Part shown: positions 34,298-42,722 of the stretch, in pieces | Layout: each line of letters starts with the position of its first letter | Position numbering within the stretch: position 1 is the first letter of the stretch | Assembly: GCA_964406375.1 (NCBI GenBank) | Contig: CAYORM010000006.1 | Location: forward strand, 14,167-78,166 | Length of the DNA: 64,000 nucleotides | Direction: 5' to 3' | Source of the DNA: an uncultured Mycobacteriaceae bacterium | GTDB lineage: Bacteria; Pseudomonadota; Alphaproteobacteria; DSM-16000; Inquilinaceae | Translations under genes and position numbers: made by a program | Notes under the pieces: model-generated | Databases searched by the model: none | The model's input: the letters and a program-made list of their open reading frames with translations, nothing else | What the model was told of the DNA's origin: nothing

Positions 34298-35386
34298 TCA
34301 GACCAGCGGGATCAGCGCATCGACGTCCCAGCCGATGCGCACGCCCGCCCCCGGGGCGAAGGCCGGCCGGCCGGTATTGGTGACCGCGACCGTCAGCCGC
34401 TCCTCCTGTCCCGGGATTCTGACCTCGTAATGGGTGACCTCGCCGAAATAGGTCGCCTCCTCGATCGCGCCCTGCATCGCCGGTTCCGGCCCCGGGCCGT
34501 CTGCCTCATCCCCGAACAGCCGCAGCCGCTCCGGCCGGACGCCGAGCACGATCTCGCGCGCGCCACCGAAACCGGCCGGCAGCGGGGTCTCGATCCGACC
34601 GATCCCGGCGGCGTCGAGCTCGAGCGTCGCAGCGGCGGTCCGAAGGACCCGGGCCCGAATGAAGTTCATGCCGCCTATGAAATGCGCGACGCGGCGGCTC
34701 GCCGGCCGCTCATAGATCTCGCGCGGCGTCGCCACCTGCTCGATCAGCCCGTCGAACATCACCGCCATGCGGTCCGACATGGCGAGCGCCTCGTACTGGT
34801 CGTGGGTGACGAGGATGAAGGTGATGCCGACCGCCCGCTGCAGGCGCCGCAGCTCGCCCTGCATCTGCTCACGCAGCTTCTTGTCGAGTGCCGAGAGCGG
34901 CTCGTCGAGCAGCAGCACCTTGGGTCGCAGCACCAGGGCGCGGGCGAGCGCCACCCGCTGCCGCTGCCCGCCCGAGAGCTCATGCGGCCGCCGTCGTCCG
35001 AGGCCCGACAGCCCGACCATCGCCAGCGCCTCCTCCACCCGTGCCCGTCGGCTGGCGGCATCGAGCTTCAGCCGGCGCAGCCCGTAGGCGACGTTCTGCG
35101 CGACGTCGAGATGCGGGAAGATCGCATAGTTCTGGAAGACCATATTGGTCGGCCGGCGGTTGGCCGGCACGCCGCGCATCGAGACGCCGTCAATGCGGAT
35201 ATCGCCCTCCGAGGGCTCGTCGAACCCGGCGATCAGCCGCAGCAGCGTGGTCTTGCCGCAGCCAGACGGGCCGAGCAGTGAGAAGAACTCTCCGGTCCTG
35301 ATCGCGAGATCGACGCCGCCGAGGGCGACGAAGCCAGCATAGCGCCTGGTGACGCCGCAGGCCTCGATGATCGGTCGGTCGGTCAC
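34298..35386 (-). CDS. ABC transporter ATP-binding protein (PotA-like)
   Basis: GPSGCGKTT (Walker A), LSGGQRQRVALARAL, LLLDEPLSALD. GTG at 35386 is preceded by GGAGG at 6 nt. The longer track ORF overlaps the upstream permease. Confidence 0.88.
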   Translation of the reverse strand: MTDRPIIEACGVTRRYAGFVALGGVDLAIRTGEFFSLLGPSGCGKTTLLRLIAGFDEPSEGDIRIDGVSMRGVPANRRPTNMVFQNYAIFPHLDVAQNVAYGLRRLKLDAASRRARVEEALAMVGLSGLGRRRPHELSGGQRQRVALARALVLRPKVLLLDEPLSALDKKLREQMQGELRRLQRAVGITFILVTHDQYEALAMSDRMAVMFDGLIEQVATPREIYERPASRRVAHFIGGMNFIRARVLRTAAATLELDAAGIGRIETPLPAGFGGAREIVLGVRPERLRLFGDEADGPGPEPAMQGAIEEATYFGEVTHYEVRIPGQEERLTVAVTNTGRPAFAPGAGVRIGWDVDALIPLV

Positions 35387-35399
35387 GACGGGCCTCCGC

Positions 35400-36245
35400 T
35401 CACAGGATGTCGTCCGAAGGTGTCCGCCGGCGGCCGAGACGCCGCAGCGCCTGCGCGGCCGCGAGCAACAGGAAGGAAGCGGCGAGCAAGATCGTGCCCA
35501 GCGCCAGCACATTGGGGAGCTGCGCCGCGAAGCGGAGCTGGCCCCAGATGTAGATCGGGATCGTCGGCTCGGTGCCGGTCAGGAAGAAGGCGACGATGAA
35601 CTCGTCGAGCGAGATCGTGAAGGTGACGAGCAGGCTGGCCGCGAGGCCGGGCGCTACGATCGGCAGCGTCACCCGGAAGAAGGTGCCGAGCGGCGATTCG
35701 CCGAGATCGGCCGATGCCTCCTCGAGGCTGCGATCGAAGCCCTCGAAGCTCGACATCATGATCGCCATGGCGAAGGGGATGCACAGCAGGACGTGCCCGA
35801 CCACCACGCTCGACAATGACAGATTGAGCCCGAGCTGGATCAGCGCGACGAGCAGCCCGACCGCGACGACGATGTCGGGCAGGACCAGCGGCACCATCAC
35901 GAAGCCGGTGGCGAGACGGCGGCCGGGGAAGCGGTAGCGGGTGACCGCGCGCGCGCCGAGTGTCCCGAGGATCGTGCTGATCACGGCGGTGGCGAGGCCG
36001 ACCTCGAGGCTGTTCCACACCGCCTGATGCAGCGCATCCACCCCGGCCAGCCGCTCGTACCAGCGGGTTGTGAAGCCCTGCAGCGGGAAGGCGACGACCG
36101 AGCTGTCGTTGAAGGAGAACAGCGGCAGCAGGAACACCGGCAGGTAGAGGAAGCCGATGTAAAGGAGCGTGTAAAGGGTGAGGCCGAGCGGCAGGCCGCG
36201 GCGACGGCCGCTCCCCTTTCGCGCCGGCTGCGGCGCGACCGTCAC
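35400..36245 (-). CDS. ABC transporter permease (PotC-like)
   Basis: 281 aa, six hydrophobic segments, EAA-type loop (..SLEEASADLGESP..). Confidence 0.85.
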   Translation of the reverse strand: MTVAPQPARKGSGRRRGLPLGLTLYTLLYIGFLYLPVFLLPLFSFNDSSVVAFPLQGFTTRWYERLAGVDALHQAVWNSLEVGLATAVISTILGTLGARAVTRYRFPGRRLATGFVMVPLVLPDIVVAVGLLVALIQLGLNLSLSSVVVGHVLLCIPFAMAIMMSSFEGFDRSLEEASADLGESPLGTFFRVTLPIVAPGLAASLLVTFTISLDEFIVAFFLTGTEPTIPIYIWGQLRFAAQLPNVLALGTILLAASFLLLAAAQALRRLGRRRTPSDDIL

Positions 36246-37192
36246 CGGACGAGCCTCGCGCCGAGCCGCAGCACGCCGATCAGCAGCAGGGTCGCTGCCG
36301 AGACGATGGCCACCGCCGATACGGCGAGCGCCGCGCCCGAGGGCCAGTCATTGCCGCGGCCGAACTGCACCTGGATCATGTTCGCGATCATCGCCCCGTC
36401 CGGCCCGCCGACCAGCTTCGGCGTGATGTAGTCGCCGACGGTCGGGATGAAGATGACAACCGCGGCGCCGATCACCCCCGGCAGCGAGAGCGGCAGCGTC
36501 ACCCGGAGGAACCGCCGGACCGGCCCGTCGCCGAGATCGGTCGCCGCCTCGAGCAGCGAACCGTCGATCTTCCGGAGCGACACGTAGATCGGGAGGATCG
36601 CGAAGGCGGCCCAGGCATGGGTCAGCGTCAGTACCACCGCATTGACGTTGTAGAGCAGGAAGTCCAGCGGCGCCGCGATGAGGCCGAGGGCGAGGAGGCC
36701 GGAGTTCAGCACGCCCTCATAGCCGAGGATCACCTTCCAGGCGAAGACGCGCAGCAGATAGCTGGTCCAGAACGGGATCGTCACCAGGAACAGCCAGAGG
36801 CCGCGGCGCTGCCCGCCATGGAAGGCGATGTAATAGGCGATGGGATAGGCCATCGCCACGGTCAGCACCGTCGTCACCGCCGAGACCGCCAGCGACCGCA
36901 GCATCAGCGTGCGATAGAGCGGATCGGTCCACACCTCGACGTAGCGGTCGAGGGTGAAGCGCGTGTCGATGTCGAGGTAGTTCTGGGTCCAGAAGGAGTG
37001 CGCCAGGACCGACAGCAGCGGCACCGCGAGCAGTGCCACCGTGAACAGGAAGGTCGGCGCGAGAAGCAGTATGCCGGTCCGCGCCGACCGGCCGGATCGT
37101 GCGCCATCCGCCGCTGGACGCGCCGCGCGGGCTCCGCCCTGCGCCGCTATCGTTGCCATCCTCGTCCCCGGCACGGGCGCCTGCCGCAGCAC
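36242..37192 (-). CDS. ABC transporter permease (PotB-like)
   Basis: EAA loop (..LLEAATDLGDGPVRRF..). The start may be the ATG at 37159 (MATIAAQ..). Confidence 0.85.
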   Translation of the reverse strand: MLRQAPVPGTRMATIAAQGGARAARPAADGARSGRSARTGILLLAPTFLFTVALLAVPLLSVLAHSFWTQNYLDIDTRFTLDRYVEVWTDPLYRTLMLRSLAVSAVTTVLTVAMAYPIAYYIAFHGGQRRGLWLFLVTIPFWTSYLLRVFAWKVILGYEGVLNSGLLALGLIAAPLDFLLYNVNAVVLTLTHAWAAFAILPIYVSLRKIDGSLLEAATDLGDGPVRRFLRVTLPLSLPGVIGAAVVIFIPTVGDYITPKLVGGPDGAMIANMIQVQFGRGNDWPSGAALAVSAVAIVSAATLLLIGVLRLGARLVR

Positions 37193-37380
37193 GCGCTCCC
37201 CCGCCCTCCCCCGCTCGCAGGCATTGGCCCTCCGCCACCGTCACCGCACCCCGCCATCGATCCAGCACCAGGCACCGCCCGAAAGCAATACCGATCGTGC
37301 CGGATCGTGTTCTGGCATACTCCCGCCGAGGAGTAGGCGATATCATTCTGTTTTCAAGTGGTTTTCGTAGATATTGCTGA

Positions 37381-37396
37381 TTGAACGTGCATTCAG
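37381..37396. promoter_or_regulatory. palindromic operator, copy B (TTGAACGTGCATTCAG)
   Basis: Same TTGAAYG-NN-CATTCAR architecture. It sits in the AT-rich divergent region between the permease operon and the aminotransferase (start 37450). Confidence 0.5.
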
Positions 37397-37449
37397 TAGA
37401 GTTTGCGCGTTCTGCGTGTGCATCACCGGGCGGCCGACGGAGAAGACGG

Positions 37450-38901
37450 ATGACGCGACCTCTCGAAACCCCGCGCGGCCCGGATTACGGCGCGGCCCAG
37501 CCCGCAGGGCCGGCAACGGCCGGTCTGAACACGCCCGACATTGCCACGATGGCGCGCCGGCACCTCATCCAGCCCTGGCCCTCGACGGACGAGATCGGCG
37601 ACGATCTGCGCACGATCATGACCGCCGCGGACGGCATCTACGTCTATGACGAGGCCGGCAACCGGCTGATCGACGGCCCGGCCGGCATGTGGTGCGTCAA
37701 TATCGGCCATCGGCGGCGCGAGATGGCGGACGCCATCGCCGAGCAGATCACCAGCCTGACTTATTGTTCGCCCTGGTATTCGACATCGGGGCCGGCGGCC
37801 TTGCTCGCCGCCCGCATCGCAGCGGCGGCCCCGGGCGATCTCGACCACGTCTTCTTCACCACCGGCGGGTCGACCGCTGTCGAAACGGCGGTGCGCTTCA
37901 CCCAGTTCTACAACAACGTCCTCGGCCGGCCCGGCAAGAAGCTGATCCTCAGCCGGCGCGACGCCTATCACGGCAGCACGCTGGTGACGGCGGCGCTGGG
38001 CGGAAGGCCGCGCTCGGGCGACTGGTCTGATCCGATGCCCGGCCTCGTCTCGATGCTCTCCTCGCCCAAGCCGTTCGGGCGGGCGAAAGGGCTGTCGCTG
38101 GAGGCGTTCTGCGACGCGCTGGTCGCCGAGTTCGAGACCCGCGTCGCCACCATCGGTGCCGACCGCATTGCCGCCTTCATCGCCGAGCCGGTGATGGCCT
38201 CGGGCGGCGTGATCGTCCCGCCGGAGGGCTATCTGCCCCGCATCCGCGCGCTGTGCCGGCAGCACGACATCCTGTTCATCGCCGATGAGGTGGTGACCGC
38301 CTTCGGCCGGCTCGGCCACATCTTCGCCTCCGAGGCCGTCTTCGGCGTGGTGCCCGACATCCTGTGCTTCGCCAAGGGCGTCACCTCCGGCTATGTGCCG
38401 CTCGGCGGCGCGGTCTTCTCCGCCGCGCTGTTCGACCGGCTGAAGGCGGAGGGACGGGCGGCCATGTTCGCCCATGGCTTCACCTGCTCGAGCCATCCGG
38501 TCGCCTGTGCCGCGGCGCTGTGCAATTGGGATATCCTCGAGCGCGAGGGGATCCTCGACCACGTCCGGGCGCTCGCCCCCTATTTCCTCGACCGGTTGCG
38601 GGAACTGGAAGCACTGCCGCTGGTCGGCGAGGTGCGCGGTGCGGGGCTGATGGCCTGCGTCGAATGCGTCGCCGACACGCAGCGGCCGGGCTCCTACGAC
38701 GTCGATCTCGACATCGGCCGCCGCATCGACCGGCACGCCCAGCGCCTCGGCCTGCTGGTGCGCCCCTTGATCAACATGTGCGTGATCTCGCCGCCGCTCA
38801 TCATCGGCCGCGAGGATGTCGATCGCATCGTGGACATCCTCGGCCAGGCGATCCGCCTGACCCAGGAGGAGCTGCGGCACGAGGGCGTCTGGAACGGCTG
38901 A
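37450..38901 (+). CDS. class-III (omega) aminotransferase
   Basis: ..LIDGPAGMWCVNIGH.., ..FFTTGGSTAVETA.., ..ILFIADEVVTAFGRLG.., ..FAKGVTSGYVPLG.. (the PLP lysine is in KGVTSG). ATG at 37450 has a GGAGAA Shine-Dalgarno sequence. Confidence 0.88.
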   Translation: MTRPLETPRGPDYGAAQPAGPATAGLNTPDIATMARRHLIQPWPSTDEIGDDLRTIMTAADGIYVYDEAGNRLIDGPAGMWCVNIGHRRREMADAIAEQITSLTYCSPWYSTSGPAALLAARIAAAAPGDLDHVFFTTGGSTAVETAVRFTQFYNNVLGRPGKKLILSRRDAYHGSTLVTAALGGRPRSGDWSDPMPGLVSMLSSPKPFGRAKGLSLEAFCDALVAEFETRVATIGADRIAAFIAEPVMASGGVIVPPEGYLPRIRALCRQHDILFIADEVVTAFGRLGHIFASEAVFGVVPDILCFAKGVTSGYVPLGGAVFSAALFDRLKAEGRAAMFAHGFTCSSHPVACAAALCNWDILEREGILDHVRALAPYFLDRLRELEALPLVGEVRGAGLMACVECVADTQRPGSYDVDLDIGRRIDRHAQRLGLLVRPLINMCVISPPLIIGREDVDRIVDILGQAIRLTQEELRHEGVWNG

Positions 38902-38910
38902 GCCGCCGCC

Positions 38911-40140
38911 TCAGACGAAGGGAGGACCGTCGGCGCGCCGTGCCTGCTCCAGCAGCGTGCGGAAGGTCGCCTCGCCGGGTTCCTCCGCTTGGTTCAGCAC
39001 CGGCATCAGCCCGCGCAGCGCGTCGTGATAGCGGCGCACGCCATGCTCCAGATCGGAGAGGATGATGCCCTCGAAGCCGCTCGAGGCCGGGGCCTCCGAC
39101 GACCAGATGGTGAGCTGGACGTCCTCACGTACCGTCTCGCGCTCGATGCGCGCCGAGAGATAGCGCGCAAGGCGCCGCTCCCGTGTCTCGCCGGGCCAGG
39201 CATAGACCGCACCGCGCTGCAAGGTCAGGCCCGGTGCCAGCGGCACCTCCTGATAGAAGGCGACCGACTCCGGGTAGAGCGAGAAGACCGTGTTCGGGAA
39301 CAGGCCGATATAGATCCAGCATCGCCGGTGCGAGGGGGGCAGATGCGCCGCATCGGGCAGGATCTTCTTGTAGTGGCGGACGCTCCACAGCCGGCCGGGG
39401 CCGTCGTTGAACGGGCCGATCGAGCGCGAGGTTCCGTCCTCGAGCGGCTCGTCGACATAGCCGCGGCCGTAGAGATCGTGCAGCGCCGGATGCGCCATCG
39501 CCACGTGGTAGCCCTCATTGTCGACGTCGCGGACCGCCTTCCAGTTGACCGCCGTCGTCTCGGTCCAGAACGGCGCCGTCGGCTGCAGCGTCTCGAGCGC
39601 GTAAGGGGCGATTTCCGCCTCGTGCCGGGCCATCAGCGTCGCCACCGATGGCTGCGGCCCCGGCTTGAAGCGGATGAAGACAAAGCCGTGCCAGACCTCA
39701 CAGTCGATCGGCTTCAGCCCGTGCCGTACCGGGTCGAGCGCCGGGAAGGTCCGTGGCCGGGCGGCACCGCGCAGCGTGCCGTCGAGATTGTAGCTCCAGC
39801 CATGGAAGGGGCAGACCATCACGCCGGGGCAGCGTCCCTGCTCCCCCGTCACCACCCGCGAGCCGCGATGGCGGCAGACATTGTGGAAGGCGCGCACCGC
39901 GCCTTCCCCGTCCCGCAGCACCAGCGCCCGCTCGCCCACCGCATCGAAGGTGACATAGCTGCCGGGCTGGGGAAGATCAGAGAGGTGGCAGACCAGCTGC
40001 CAATGGCGCCGGAACAGCACCTCCTTCTCCAACGCGAGCAGCCCCGGGCTCGAATAGGACCAGCCGGGCAGGCCGCTGCGGTCCCAGTCATTGGGCAGAC
40101 CGCCGCCGGAAACGCCTGTCCGCGCCGCCTCCGCGCCCAT
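38911..40140 (-). CDS. Rieske [2Fe-2S] non-heme-iron oxygenase alpha subunit (GbcA/choline-monooxygenase-like)
   Basis: Rieske motif CRHRGSRV..(17)..CPFHGWSY, and a catalytic-domain motif ..NEGYHVAMAHP.. I prefer the ATG at 40140, with GGAG 6 nt upstream. The track begins at the TTG at 40152. Confidence 0.85.
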   Translation of the reverse strand: MGAEAARTGVSGGGLPNDWDRSGLPGWSYSSPGLLALEKEVLFRRHWQLVCHLSDLPQPGSYVTFDAVGERALVLRDGEGAVRAFHNVCRHRGSRVVTGEQGRCPGVMVCPFHGWSYNLDGTLRGAARPRTFPALDPVRHGLKPIDCEVWHGFVFIRFKPGPQPSVATLMARHEAEIAPYALETLQPTAPFWTETTAVNWKAVRDVDNEGYHVAMAHPALHDLYGRGYVDEPLEDGTSRSIGPFNDGPGRLWSVRHYKKILPDAAHLPPSHRRCWIYIGLFPNTVFSLYPESVAFYQEVPLAPGLTLQRGAVYAWPGETRERRLARYLSARIERETVREDVQLTIWSSEAPASSGFEGIILSDLEHGVRRYHDALRGLMPVLNQAEEPGEATFRTLLEQARRADGPPFV

Positions 40141-40159
40141 CGGTGTCTCCAATCCCTTG

Positions 40160-40175
40160 TTGAATGTTCATTCAA
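40160..40175. promoter_or_regulatory. palindromic operator, copy C (TTGAATGTTCATTCAA)
   Basis: Perfect 7-2-7 inverted repeat, TTGAATG/CATTCAA, 20 nt upstream of the Rieske oxygenase start. Confidence 0.6.
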
Positions 40176-40309
40176 TATACTGCCGCCGGGTCATCGCGCG
40201 CAAGGCGGCCGGCGGTCGGGGAGCTGGTGGCTTCGCGGCGCGGCCGGCCGGGAACGACGCAGGCGCCCGCCGGTTGACCGGTCCGGGCACTGCCGGACGG
40301 GAGCCAGCC

Positions 40310-40780
40310 ATGACCCTGCGTGACATGATCGCCACCCATCCCGACGTCGCGGGACCGGTGAACGAGGCGCTGCTGCGGGCCGCCGAGGCCTGCCTCGATT
40401 GCGGCGCGACTTGCATGGCCTGCGCCGATGCCTGCCTTGCCGAACCCGCGGTCGAGCGGCTGCGGCACTGCATCCGCCTCGATCTCGACTGCGCCGAGAT
40501 CTGCCGGACCACCGCGGTCCTGGCGCTGCGTCGGACGGCATCGGACGCCGCGCTGATCCGCATGGCGCTCGTGCTCTGCGCCGACATCTGTCGGGCCTGC
40601 GGCGAGGAATGCGCCCACCATGCCGACCGGCATGCGCATTGCCGGATCTGCTCCGAGACATGCCGCGCCTGCGAGACCGCCTGCCGCGCCGCCGCCGAGC
40701 GTGACGCCGGGCTGATGGCGGGCGTCAGCCCCCGTCGGCCGCGGCGGGTGGCCGGTAGTCCGGCGCCACGCCGAACATGA
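40310..40780 (+). CDS. Cys-rich four-helix-bundle copper-binding protein (DUF326-like)
   Basis: MTLRDMIATHPD.., with repeated CxxxC/CxxC spacing (CLDCGATCMACADAC, CIRLDLDCAEIC, CADICRACGEEC, CRICSETCRACETAC). It is the in-frame distal part of track ORF 40091..40780. Confidence 0.7.
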   Translation: MTLRDMIATHPDVAGPVNEALLRAAEACLDCGATCMACADACLAEPAVERLRHCIRLDLDCAEICRTTAVLALRRTASDAALIRMALVLCADICRACGEECAHHADRHAHCRICSETCRACETACRAAAERDAGLMAGVSPRRPRRVAGSPAPRRT

Positions 40781-41603
40781 AGGCGGCCGGCGCGCCCGTC
40801 ATGTTGTAGTAGCGGTGCTCCACCCCCGCCGGCAGGTAGAAGCCGTCCCCGGGTTCGAGCTCGAACCAGGAGCGACCCTCGGCATCGGGTTCCGACAGCC
40901 GGACATTCACCACGCCATCACGGACATAGAGGCTCTCCGCCCCGGCATGGCGCTCGGCCGCGCTCGCTTGTCCAGGCAGCAGCTCGGTCCGTCCCACCGT
41001 CAGATGCTCGGTCGAGGCATAAAGGCCGGTCAGCACCGGTCGCTCTGCGTCATCGAGCCGCCACAGGAGGTCGGCATCGCGCAGCACCCGGATCGTCGCC
41101 TGCCCGCTTGCCTCGGCCGCCGCCATCGGCCAGCGGCCGAGAAGCGCGCTGCGCTCGTAACGTGCCGTCTCGAGATAGGGCTGCGTCCGCGCATAAGCGC
41201 CGGAGGTGCCCTTGGCCGGCGGCGGCGAGAAGAACTCCAGCACGCGCAGCGGTTCGGTACCATGGGCGAAGGCGTGATGCCAGGTGTCGCGCCGGAAGAA
41301 GGCGGCCTCGCCCTTCTCGACACGATGCACCTCGCCCGTCTCCGGATTGGCGATGATCATCGTGCCGGAGAGGACGTAGAGCACCTCATCCGCGGCAAAA
41401 ACGGTGCGGTACGCCTCGGAATGGCGGAAGGCGCCGCCGGGGGCGAGACCGAAGACGAGCTGATGGATCTCCTCGCTCGACACATAGATCCAGTCGGCCA
41501 CCTCCCCGGCCTCCGCATCGCCCCAGAGATGCCGGGTGACGGAGCGGTAGGGGATCGCGGCGGGGCCGTCGAAGCGCGGGCGGGGGGAGGCTTTGTAGCT
41601 CAT
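40725..41603 (-). CDS. bicupin (two cupin domains), function unknown
   Basis: Starts at MSYKASPRPRF.. (codon 87 of the track ORF). The two cupin-like halves show ..EVLYVLSGTMIIANPETGE..GEAAFFRRDTWHH.. and ..ESLYVRDGVVNVRL..GDGFYLPAGVEHRYYN. Confidence 0.72.
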   Translation of the reverse strand: MSYKASPRPRFDGPAAIPYRSVTRHLWGDAEAGEVADWIYVSSEEIHQLVFGLAPGGAFRHSEAYRTVFAADEVLYVLSGTMIIANPETGEVHRVEKGEAAFFRRDTWHHAFAHGTEPLRVLEFFSPPPAKGTSGAYARTQPYLETARYERSALLGRWPMAAAEASGQATIRVLRDADLLWRLDDAERPVLTGLYASTEHLTVGRTELLPGQASAAERHAGAESLYVRDGVVNVRLSEPDAEGRSWFELEPGDGFYLPAGVEHRYYNMTGAPAAFMFGVAPDYRPPAAADGG

Positions 41604-41757
41604 CGACCTGTCCGTCGAAATGGCGCCGGCGGTGCGGCGGCGCAGGAGGTGGCGCGCCGGATGGTAGGGCCTCGGCACCCTCCGAAGCCATAGGAAGCGG
41701 CGCGCGCTCGGGCTAGTCTCGGCGGACAGTCTGCGGAGAAGGAGGGCCCTGTCCGGC

Positions 41758-42468
41758 ATGAACAGCCCCGGCGTCGCCGCCGTCGACCGCGCCCTGCGGA
41801 TCCTCGCCGCGTTCACCGAGGACCGGCCGATCCTGACGCTCGCCGAGCTCGCGCGCGCCACCGGCTTCTACAAGAGCACCATCCTCCGGCTCTGCGTCTC
41901 GCTGCTCGATGGCGGCCACCTCGTCCGGCTGCGCGACGGCGCCTTCTGCCTCGGGCCGGAAGCGCTGCGGCTCGGCATGGTCTACAAGAAGTCCTTCCGA
42001 ATGGCCGAGGTGGTGATCGAGAAGCTGGAGGGGCTGGTGGCCGCGTTCGGCGAGACCGCCTCCTACCATGTGCGCGACGGCGCCGAACGGATCTGCGTCA
42101 ACCGCATCGAGAGCCCGCTGCCCGTCGCCGACACGATGCGTGAAGGCATGCGCCGTCCCCTCACCCAGGGCGCCTCGGGCCATGTCTTCCTGGCCTTTTC
42201 CGGCGAGGACGGCGAGCGCTTCGCCCGCATCCGTCGCTCCCTCGTCGCCGTGACGCGCGGTGAGGATGACGGCGAGACGGCCGAGGTCGCCTCGCCCGTC
42301 TTCGCCCCCCTCCTGCCGGAGGCGATCGGCGCCATCGCCGTCTCCGGCCCCGCCAACCGGTTCAGCGAGGCGCGCGTCGCCGCGATGACCGTCGCCGTCC
42401 GGCGGGCGGCGAAGGATCTGACCCGCGCCCTCGGCGGCTCGGCGCGGCCGTTCGACCCGGCGCCCTGA
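41758..42468 (+). CDS. IclR family transcriptional regulator
   Basis: VAAVDRALRILAAF....LTLAELARATGFYKSTILRLCVSLLDGGHL is an IclR-type winged HTH. A C-terminal effector domain follows. Confidence 0.88.
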   Translation: MNSPGVAAVDRALRILAAFTEDRPILTLAELARATGFYKSTILRLCVSLLDGGHLVRLRDGAFCLGPEALRLGMVYKKSFRMAEVVIEKLEGLVAAFGETASYHVRDGAERICVNRIESPLPVADTMREGMRRPLTQGASGHVFLAFSGEDGERFARIRRSLVAVTRGEDDGETAEVASPVFAPLLPEAIGAIAVSGPANRFSEARVAAMTVAVRRAAKDLTRALGGSARPFDPAP

Positions 42469-42722
42469 TCGCCAGAGAGTTCTGCGCCGCGGAACACTGT
42501 TCCCATACTGCTCGTTGATAACGATCGGGGGCCATCGTCAGATGATCCGCCCCGGAGCGGCGGGTGTTGCGCCCGCGGGATGAACGGCGCCACGGCGGCT
42601 GGGCCGCCCGGTACCCTGTCGGCCCGGGAGGGGCCGGCGCGAGCGGACGAGCACTGCCGTTCGCCGGCGGGACGGCGGCGGGGCGCGGGCCCATCGAGGA
42701 ACGAGACGAGGAGGGATCGGGG

